A stretch of 64,000 nt of DNA from Eledone cirrhosa (taxonomy: Eukaryota), in NCBI GenBank assembly GCA_964016885.1, contig OZ024761.1, positions 18,538,001 through 18,602,000 on the forward strand, in the 5' to 3' direction. Of the stretch, positions 54,769 to 64,000 are shown in pieces. Positions within the stretch are counted from its first letter, which is position 1. Each line of letters opens with the position of its first letter. A program made the translations under genes and the position numbers. The notes below the pieces were generated by a model. The model worked only from the letters and a program-made list of their open reading frames with translations, was not told where the DNA came from and searched no databases.

Positions 54769-55529
54769 CTGCAACAATTTTAAAAATAAAACAAAAGAAA
54801 ATATGAGAGGTTAGCTAAATATGCTGAACATTCTTGTAAACTTCAAACTTACTTATTTTGGGTGAAAAAAAAAAACTGTTTTGATATCAACTCAGCCAAA
54901 ACTGTCTTTGAAACAAAACCACCCATTTCAACTCTTTTTATATCAACCCAGTCAAAACTGTCTTTGAAACAAAACCACCCATTTCGAAAGTTTCCTCTTT
55001 AATTTGTATTAAATCTTCCAACATAATTTTATATATGAAACATATGTTAACCTTTTAGCATTTAAACTGGCCATCTGACCAGATTTCTCTTACCTCTTTC
55101 TGTTCAAACCGGCCATAACCAACTACACATACTTATGCTAAAGTATTGTTCTCAAAATAAATAATATCAAAATCTCATAAATTTGATATTATGTGAGATA
55201 AAGTGTTTACCATGAACATAAAATAGTGTATGTAGAGTAATGTAAATGCTAAAGTGTTAAGTTACTATCTTAACAACGGAATTATTTATAATTTTAGTAA
55301 ATCCCTTAAAAGAAAAGAAAAAAGGAAAGAGGAGAAGAGTAGGAGGAGAGGGAAGAAGAAAGAGTAGTAGAAGAGGGGACAAGAAAGAGTAGAAGGAGGA
55401 GAGGGGAGTAGAAGGAGGAAAAGAGGGGAGGAGAAAGAGTAGGAGGAAAAGAGGGGAGGAGAAAGAGTAGAAGAATAAGGAGGTGGAGGGGAGAAAAAGA
55501 AACAAAGTAAAGAAGTAAAATATACTTAC

Positions 55530-55814
55530 CCCACGCCACTTAGCACTCATGATGGGTCTGTTGTTGTTAAGGTGGTTATTATCATCAGTACTGGACTCTG
55601 TGATCTCCTTGTTGGCAGCAGATCCATTCTGGTTCTCCTTGCGAGAGTTCCAACTGCTCTCCTTCCTCTTGGCGATGATGCTCCGCACCGAGGCAACAAA
55701 TGCTGTTGGTTGCCGCGTCGTGGCTGGCTTGTCTGAGAAATCACATGAGTAGAGAACATTGTCTGCTGTTGTGCCGTGTTCGCTGTAGTTTAGAAGTTCG
55801 TAGTGACGAGTCGT
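55530..55814 (-). CDS. PHF12: PHF12 exon (FHA-like region)
   Basis: ccag / gtaagt; [29 protein letters not shown]...MSAKWRG. Confidence 0.93.
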
Positions 55815-56714
55815 CTGGCAGTTGGATTAATATGGCAGAGGGGAAAAAATATAAATATATGAAAATATATTTCGGAAAAAAAAAAAAAAAAAAAAAAATC
55901 TTAAATACAGAGAAATTACAATATTTTTTTAATGTCTTAGGTATTTACATGAAAAGGATTGACATGTGCAGCTGAGTTGGAAGTGATATCATGATTGGTG
56001 GGTGTAAAATCAGTCGACTGGAATTTGCAGACGATATGGAGGATATGCAACGGCTGGAGAGAAATGAAGCAAGCATGCTCTAATGGATGTACAATGTCAA
56101 TGTGCGTGAATGACCAAGCATAGACGAGTTGAGAGAGAAACTAGGTATAAGAAGGATAAACTGTAGTGTGTAGGAGCGAAGATTATGTTGGTATGGACAT
56201 GTGATGCACATGGAGGATGACCACTGGGTAAAGAGTGCTAAGAAATCCCAATGAAAAGAAGATGCAGTAGAGAACGACCACGAAAATCATAGAGGAGATG
56301 ACAAAGGAGCATGAAGAATAGAGAGACGATGTGCTGAAAAGGACCCTCACACCCTTGCAAGCAAGGAAAAGCGGACATAAAATGATGATGATGATGTTAC
56401 TTAACTCGACAGAAGGGGATCTCCGACTTGCACTCGATAGGTTTGATGCTATGTGCTCAAAGTCTTATATAGTTAGTATGTGCACACAGGTATGTGTGTG
56501 TGTTTCTATGTATATGAGTGCATACAATTGTGTGTGTGTGTGTCGAATGAGTGTATTTACATGCGAGTGTGTATAGATGATTCAGGGGAGGGCTTTATAA
56601 CTGTATGGAATGGAGACCTCTCTTGTTGCCCAAACAACGCTTCATAGAGAGGGAAAGAAAACTGAAGAAGATATTTCTACTTTGATAGATTAATGACTGA
56701 GAAAGGCCACTTAC

Positions 56715-56797
56715 CTCATCATAAAATATATAGGCATGTTTTGCTGATACATAATTACAGTGTCCAAAATGAGTCAAGCAGACATCCATATCTGCCC
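56715..56797 (-). CDS. PHF12: PHF12 exon (FHA-like region)
   Basis: ttaag / gtaagt; (G)[27 protein letters not shown]. Confidence 0.93.
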
Positions 56798-57010
56798 CTT
56801 AACACAAGGAAAAATAGAAGAAAATAATGTAAACAAAATATATTAAGACATTAAAAACACATTTTTATATCAGTTGGTAGTCCCAAATATGTTTATGTGT
56901 GTGTGTTCATATATATATGGGGTAACAAGTTATCGTTATAGGTAATCCAGTTAGAGGTTGTGAAATAAAGCCCCTCGTTGTACAGCCAACCATGTTACTC
57001 TTCCTTCTTT

Positions 57011-57048
<38 letters not shown>

Positions 57049-57366
57049 GATATTAACAAATGGAAACTATATTTATAAAACCATATCTATTTTATTATAC
57101 ATATTCCAAGGATACCATGTTAAATTATGGTATGCTTTCATCAGACAAAACACAATATATACCAGTTTTATAAATAAATATTGACATACCCTTTCAAAAT
57201 GCAACCGTTACTTTTGGAAGACATCAGGGATAGTGGATTTGTTTACTTATATTAGTAATTCGTTGTGTTACGGAGAAGGAAAAAGACGAAAAAATACTTG
57301 TCGAGTGCTTTATATCAGTTATAAAAATATTTGCTTGTTGTATCCCAACAATTTAAATAGAACTTT

Positions 57367-57403
<37 letters not shown>

Positions 57404-57493
57404 TAAAATATTTGCTCTACGGTTCTTATATATTTGATATATATTTTCCTTATCGAGCCCTCTTTGGATTTTAGTCTTCAATTTTATTATTAT

Positions 57494-57542
<49 letters not shown>

Positions 57543-57767
57543 TATATAACAAATTTAATATAGGAATGGCTTGTTCAGGTCTACAACTATTTCATTCAAA
57601 GGGAATCATCAGGAAAGCTATCTTTGAATACTATGGCTGCATTGGTGGTGAATAGTCCTGTCTTTGGAAGCATCCAAAACTATAATGATCCCCTCTACTT
57701 TCAAAGAGACAGTTTGTAATGCTATGTCTGGTTTTGAAATAAGGTTTCATTAAATTTGAAAATTTAC

Positions 57768-57869
57768 CTGTGCCAATGCTGAGGGTCCGATATGACATCG
57801 AGATTGGTTCCCCTTTTCCTGTTAAAGGACAAAGTAGAGCTCGAGCCTGGATCTCTTCAGAACCAGTTC
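57768..57869 (-). CDS. PHF12: PHF12 exon
   Basis: tttcag / gtaaat; TGSEEIQARALLCPLTGKGEPISMSYRTLSIGT; phase 1-1. Confidence 0.9.
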
Positions 57870-60043
57870 CTGAAAGTAAAAGAATTCACAGAAATCTTCA
57901 TCATCATTTAACATCCATTAGAAAGGGTTGGACAGATCTTCACAGACTGTGTCTGTACTGAAGCAAGGCCATTGGCATCCCAGACAGACTGGGAGTTACC
58001 ATGTTCTACCAAGTGCATTTTATCATTGCACCAGCACTAGAGAGGTTGTCATGTCTCCAACACAACCGGAGTGTCCTCCCAAGTAAATAAAAAATCTATT
58101 TTTAATTTAATTAAAAAGACTGCTACAAACTAAATAAGATAAACAAAAAAATAATAATTACTGGGATTGATATGAACAAGTAAATCCATTTAAGGTGGTG
58201 CCCCAGCATGGTCACGGCCTAAAAACAAAGTTTTCTATGGTGTGTTAGTACTCTGAACTCTGGATTCAGCAATCCAAGTTCATATTTTGGTAGAACCTGA
58301 TAATACCTCAATCATGGTTTACTCCTCCAGCATGGCCACAGTCCAATGACTGAAGCAGTAAATGAAGAAAAGAATATATTCCATTTATATCATCAGATAT
58401 TTACACACCGCTCGGGCTTAGCTGGCCTCCAATGAGGTTCCATCTTGTATGTTATAGGAGGTTGCTTCTTGGTCGTTTGTAAATAAGGGAACCCCAGTAC
58501 TAACAGGTCACCCCCACTGCCCTTTTTCTTTTTTTTCCAGATAAAATGTATACCAAACTTTAAAAAACTAATTAGTACTAAATCTATTCAAGGCAGTGCC
58601 CCAGAATGGCCACAGCCTAAAGACTGAAAGCAGTAAAAGAATAGAAAAATCTGTACTTGTTACGTTTGTTTTCTGTAACTGATATACCAAACTTTAAAAC
58701 ATTAACCCTTTAGCATTTAAACCGGCCAGAATTCTCTCACCTCTTTCTGTTCAACCCAGCTGTAATCAGCCGCTCGTACTAATGTTAAGGTATTGTTCTC
58801 AAAATAAATAAGATCAAAATCTCATAGATTCAATATTATTTTAAATAATTAAGTAAGATAAAGCCTTTACTGTGAAAGTACAATAGTATATATTCTTGTG
58901 ATGCTAAACTCCTCCAGTTGCAGACTGCCACAACATGTGATATCTCTCTCCACAAAGCTCGATCACCAACAGCAGAGTTCAAAGAGCAAAGATCAAGTCC
59001 AGTCCATAAGTTGACATTATCAAGCCATCGTTTTGGCTACCGGCCTCTGCTTCTCTTACCAACCAACCTTCCTTCCAGGCATAACCTACTCACACCATGA
59101 GTTGATCTTTTTATATGACGGTATAGTTTGAGTACTCTTGACAATGTCACTGGACCGAGATCTTTGGCGCTACGCAGTAATACAGAAGACCCGCCTTGCC
59201 TATGTACAAAGCGAAACCTACAGTCAGTAGGCACCTCCTAACCAAATATACACCCCAATCCACTACCCCTACCCTATCCTCCCACCAACACCACCCTCTC
59301 TCTGTAAAGTTGGTACCGCAACATCCAGTCCAAATAAATGAGATAATTGTTTCTACTTTTGGCACCAGGCCAGCAATTATCCCAGTGCATTACTGGTACT
59401 TTATTTTATCGACCCCGAAAGGATGAAAGGCAAAGTTAACCTCGGCGGGATTTGAACTCAGGTCATAAAGGGAGGTAACTATATGCTTCAAAGCATGTGT
59501 CACAACAAAAAAACACACAGTCCACGCTCCCTGACATTTGTGTATTATTCTATGTACTATATTGACGAGTTGTAGTGCACCTGAGCACTTTACACAATAA
59601 TTTCATTATTATTATAATGTGGCCGTGTAGGTAACACGGTAAAAAGTTCCCAGTTCCACACTGTAAATGTGGTTTGTGTTAGGAAGGGCATCCAGCCGTA
59701 GAAAACCTGCCAGATAGTCCTATATGAGCGAGACACGGTCACTCAACCAATCTTGCCTCAAGTGGGACAACTCCCGTCTAACCCATGCTAGTGTGGAAGA
59801 TGGACGTTAAACGATTATGATGATGATGATGATAATGACTCTTGACTTGACAACTGATGTAATTTGTCTAAGTTTGGTAATGTTGAGCAGCTCACTGATA
59901 CAGATACGGTCTCTGTCAATACATTAAAGGGTTAAAACATTAACAAGTGCTAAATCTACAAAAGGCAATGCCCCAGCATGGCCAGAGTCAAATGACTGAA
60001 AGCAGTAAAAGAATAAAAGAATATAAAAACATGTGGTAGTTAC

Positions 60044-60154
60044 GTTTGTTTTCTGTAAGTGATGGAGCCGTCTGTTGCTGTGGAAGAAGCTGCTGGAGTC
60101 GCTGCCAGGCAAGAATCTGGACTAACTTCTGGTCGAGTTTACCAAGTTCAACTT
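60044..60154 (-). CDS. PHF12: PHF12 exon
   Basis: ttccag / gtaact; (E)VELGKLDQKLVQILAWQRLQQLLPQQQTAPSLTENK resembles the PHF12 LDEKLIKFLALQR helix; phase 1-1. Confidence 0.85.
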
Positions 60155-61438
60155 CTGGAAGTATAGAGATGAGTCGGGGGTGGGGTGGAGGAGAGGTGGG
60201 GTGGGGTGGGTCGTGGAGAAGTGGGGTGGGGGTGGAGGAGGGGTGGGGTGGTTGGGTAAGGGCGAGGTGGGGGTTGAGGTGAGGGTGAGGCGGGGGATGG
60301 TGAGTTGAGGTGATGTTGAGATGGTGGGGGGTGAGTTGAGGGGTGGTGGTGGGGTGGGGTGAGGTGATGCGAGGAGGTGGTGGGGTAGGGTGAGGGATTG
60401 GAATGGTGGCAGTGTAGATTTGGGAGGGAGTAGGGAAAGGTGTAAAGACAGAGGGGTGTAAAGACAGGGGGGATGGAGAGGTTTAGCGAGGGGAGGGAAA
60501 GATGTAGGTGTGTAGGGATGGGGGGGGGGTGTAGAAATGGAGGGAAGGGAGGCATGTAGAGAGATGGGAAGGAGGGAGAGGACAGGCATAGAGAGGTGAG
60601 AAGTGCAGGGGAAGAGGTGGAGGAGAAGAAAAGAAAGAGAAACAAATAAGAACACAACTAAAATATTCCTGCCAACAGTAACAATAGAAAGCCACAGACT
60701 TAACAAATGATTCCTTTAACAACTGAAGACTTTCATCTGGTGTAAACCAGTTTCAAATGTTCTTCTTAAAACAAAAAGTCATCTCAAAATTTGATCCCCG
60801 CCTCCAAAACAAACCCCAAGCAAAATCTTTGTGTTCCCACCAAAAATATTCCTAACAAGAGCTATCATTCCCTTAAAAAAATATACTCAAACAAAAACCA
60901 TCTTTTCCCACTAAAAATAACCTAAAGAAAAGATGTTCTTCATATCAAACCCCAAAACAAAAGCCTTCTTTTCCCACATAAAAATAATCTAACAAAAACC
61001 CTGATTCCCACAAAAATTCCAAAGTTACTCCTTCCCTCCAAACAAAGGCCTTCTTTCCAGACCAAAAACCACTAACAGAAACCCTCCTTCCCAACAATTA
61101 AATACTTCTTTCCCCACAAAACAAAACCCTTTAAAAAAAAACCCTCCTTCCCACCAAACAAAAAAAGGTTCCTTCCCAACAAGAAAAGCTTCCTTCCCAC
61201 CAAACAAAAAAGCCCTCCTTCCCACCAAACAAAAGCCTTCTTTCCTCACAAAAAATGCCTCCTTCCCACCAAACAAAACCCTTAAGAAAAATCCTTCTTC
61301 CCACAAAACAAAAGCCTTCTTTCCCCACCAAAAATTCACCTTCCCTACCCCCAACAATAACCCTAAATCCACCCACCCACTCAACAATAACCCTCAATCG
61401 CCCCAGAAAAACAAAAGCAGAAGAAAAGGTCATCCTAC

Positions 61439-61579
61439 CTCCTTGCCCCTCAATGCAATGTTGCAACGTTGTGTTTAGGTTGACGATGGCTGGCGATGAA
61501 CTGAGAGTGTTGGCTACCACAGACTTTGAATGGGAAACTGGAAGGGATGATGATGATGAGGTCGTTACAGTTTTTGAAC
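61439..61579 (-). CDS. PHF12: Probable PHF12 exon (Ser/Thr-rich)
   Basis: gttgtag / gtagga; SKTVTTSSSSSLPVSHSKSVVANTLSSSPAIVNLNTTLQHCIEGQG; phase 1-1 fits the next exon; further exons are probably beyond the window. Confidence 0.7.
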
Positions 61580-61669
61580 CTACAACAACAACAGTAACAA
61601 CAACAACAATAACAACAACAGGGGCCTCTACCACTAGGCAAGTCATAGAGAAAATATAATGATGATAAT

Positions 61670-62500
61670 AATTGTTTCTACTTTTGGCACAAGGCTAGCA
61701 ATTGCCCAGTACATTACTGGTACTTTATTTTATCGACCCCGTAAGGATGAAAGGCAAAAGTTAACCTCGGCGGGATTTGAACTCAGACTGTAAAGGAGCG
61801 TAACTCTATGCTGCCAAGCATGGCGTCCGACCCTCTAACAATACACCGCCCAGAGAGAAAATATAATTGTTTCTACTTTAGGCACAAGGCCAGCAATTAG
61901 CCAGTACATTACTGGTACTTTATTTTATCGACCCCGTAAGGATGAAAGGCAAAGTCAACCTCGGCGGGATTTGAACTCAGACTGTAAAGGGGCGTAACTC
62001 TATGCTGCCAAGCATGGCGTCCGACCCTCTACCAATACTGCCAATCCACCGCCCAGAGAGAAAATATAATATGGGTTTCCGCTTTAGGCACAAGGCCAAC
62101 AATTTTGGGAGAGAGGAAGTCAATTAAATCAACCCAAGAGTGTTACAGGTACCTTATTTTATCAACCCCATAAGGATATGAACAATGCTAACCTCAGCAG
62201 GGTTTGAACTCAGAACGTAAAGGGACATAACTCTATGCCGCAAAGCATGGTGTCTGACGCTCTACCAGCACTGTCAATCCACAACCCTCATAATGGTTTC
62301 TGAATTAGGCACAAGGCCAACAATTTTGGAGGTGAGGAAAGTTGATTAAATCAACCCCAGTGCATTACTGGTACTTTATTTTATCAACCCCGTAAGAATG
62401 AAAGGCAAGGCTAACCTTGGTGGGATTTAAACTCAGAATGTAAAGAAACACAGCTATAAGTCACAAAGCATGTTGTCCGATCTTCTAACAACTCTGCAAA
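61670..62500 (-). mobile_element. Four head-to-tail SINE-A copies
   Basis: Reverse-complement SINE-A bodies starting near 61670, 61865, 62070 and 62290. Confidence 0.85.
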
Positions 62501-62754
62501 TTCTTCTTCTTTTTCTTGGCCCACTTATTCCTGAGAGGGTTGTAAGAGCAGAGTCCTTAAACACCCGTTCCAGCAGGTCCTATCAGAAGCAGCTGTCTCT
62601 AATTGATCCTGCTGGATCCCCCAAGTGAGACCAGCCGAGCTCATGGATGGTATCCAACCATATCAGTCTGAGTTGGGTCTTCTGTCAGGGCCGCTTTTTG
62701 CAAAAATTCATCACTTTTTATTTTATGTGAAAACCCATGTGAACGATAAGATAT

Positions 62755-63455
62755 ATTTCTTTATTTGCCACAAGGGCGCACAAGAACTGGGACATTACAA
62801 GGTGTGACGGCAAGGGTTTTACAGAAAGTTGTGTAAAAAAAATTTAACAATTATAAATAAACAATTAAAATCCCCAATAGAGTGGAATGGTACTGCAGAG
62901 TTGTTTTACACCCTTTAGATAGAACAACCCTCAACACCAGGAGCACATTTTGTAAGTGCTCCCATCTTCCCGCTTTTGTCTTCTTCAAATTACAGGTTTA
63001 TATACAGAGAAGGACCATTCACTCAAGTTATTTTCACCATATTCACCCACCTTTCAGTGAATTTACTAGGGTGGAGCACCTCTCTCTCCACTCCCACTTT
63101 CCTTTTGAAGTGGTATTTAAAGAAGGGGATGAGTTGTTGTCCGGAGAGGAAGGAGTTTGCTCTGATAAGATAAGGTTCTTCTTCTTGTCGTGTCCACAAG
63201 AGTGTCAGTTACAAAGCTTGGCTAGATGTCGTTCCAACACAGCTGAACACATTGCTGTCCTTTCACATTAAACTCTACCAATTCCAATGCTATGCAGGGG
63301 TGCTCCAGCAGGGGACATATCAGGAGGTGCTGTGCAGGGGTGCTCCAGCAGGGGACATATCAGGAGGTGCTATGCAGGGGTGCTCCAGCAGGGGACATAT
63401 CAGGAGGTGCTGCGTAGTCTGTGGTTCGATGTCGCAGTCAAACACGATGTCCCCA
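62755..63455 (-). mobile_element. Adjacent LINE 3' fragments (Tx1/L1-like, and a Zn-knuckle-bearing LINE with an internal 40-bp triplication)
   Basis: KYHFKRKV..ERE.LHPSKFTERW, then AATAAA; CDIEPQTTQHLLICP, then ggacacgacaagaagaag; 40-bp unit x3 at 63288-63410. Confidence 0.5.
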
Positions 63456-64000
63456 TCCTTTAACCCTTTAGCATTTAAACCAGCCAGAATTCTTTCACTT
63501 CTATCTGTCCAAACCAGTTGTAACCGACTGCTCATACTGATGTTAAGATATTGTTCTCAAAATAAATAATATCAAAATCTCATAGATTCGATATTATGTG
63601 AGATAATTATGTGAGGTAAAGCCTTTACTGTGAAAATATAATAGTATATATAGAATAATTGTTTCTACTTTTGGCACAAGGCCAGCAATTATCCCAGTAC
63701 ATTACTGGTACTTTATTTTATCGACCCCGTAAGGATGAAAGGCAAAGTTAACCTCGGCAGAATTTGAACTCAGAATGGCAAGGGCCGTAACTCTATGCGT
63801 CAAAGCATGGCGTCCGACCCTCTACCGATACTGCCAATCCTAGAATAATGTCAATACTAAAGGGTTAAATATCCCCAGGGAGATGTGTATTCATTATTGG
63901 AAAAAACACTAAAGCAAATAATAGTATTAGTATGTAACATGTAATTAATTAAACAGTTATGTAAATCAGTGGATGATATATACAGGAGAAAGACAGTGGT

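Noticed and set aside
60160-60620. Pro/His-rich ORFs and G-rich tract
   Set aside because: Low-complexity purine tract in a PHF12 intron without exon support; G-quadruplex potential is unremarkable without data

Overview
AT-rich, microsatellite- and SINE-dense animal genomic DNA, not prokaryotic. The SINE, RTE and piggyBac-MITE content suggests a mollusc, probably an octopus (inference). Two intron-containing genes converge tail-to-tail. (1) A LIM-domain kinase (LIM-LIM-PDZ-kinase, LIMK1/2 orthologue) lies on the + strand. I could chain 13 phase-compatible GT-AG exons from 8428 to the stop at 32103, and there is a candidate alternative first exon at 3148-3173. (2) The last six coding exons of PHF12/Pf1 lie on the - strand (61579 down to 54532). 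The rest is repeat-rich: at least three tRNA-derived SINE families, RTE, CR1 and Tx1-like LINE fragments, piggyBac, hAT, mariner and pogo-type MITEs, Penelope-like remnants and many minisatellites. The long ORFs at 19.7-24.2 kb are a ~50-copy 87-bp tandem array amplified from an RTE LINE fragment inside a LIMK intron; they are not a gene or a CRISPR. Most interesting: a LIMK2b-like alternative start exon, minisatellites that multiply real splice sites of LIMK, a Thr/Cys-repeat C-terminal tail on LIMK, and repeated birth of minisatellites from TE-internal segments. Exon coordinates were read base by base; repeat boundaries are approximate.
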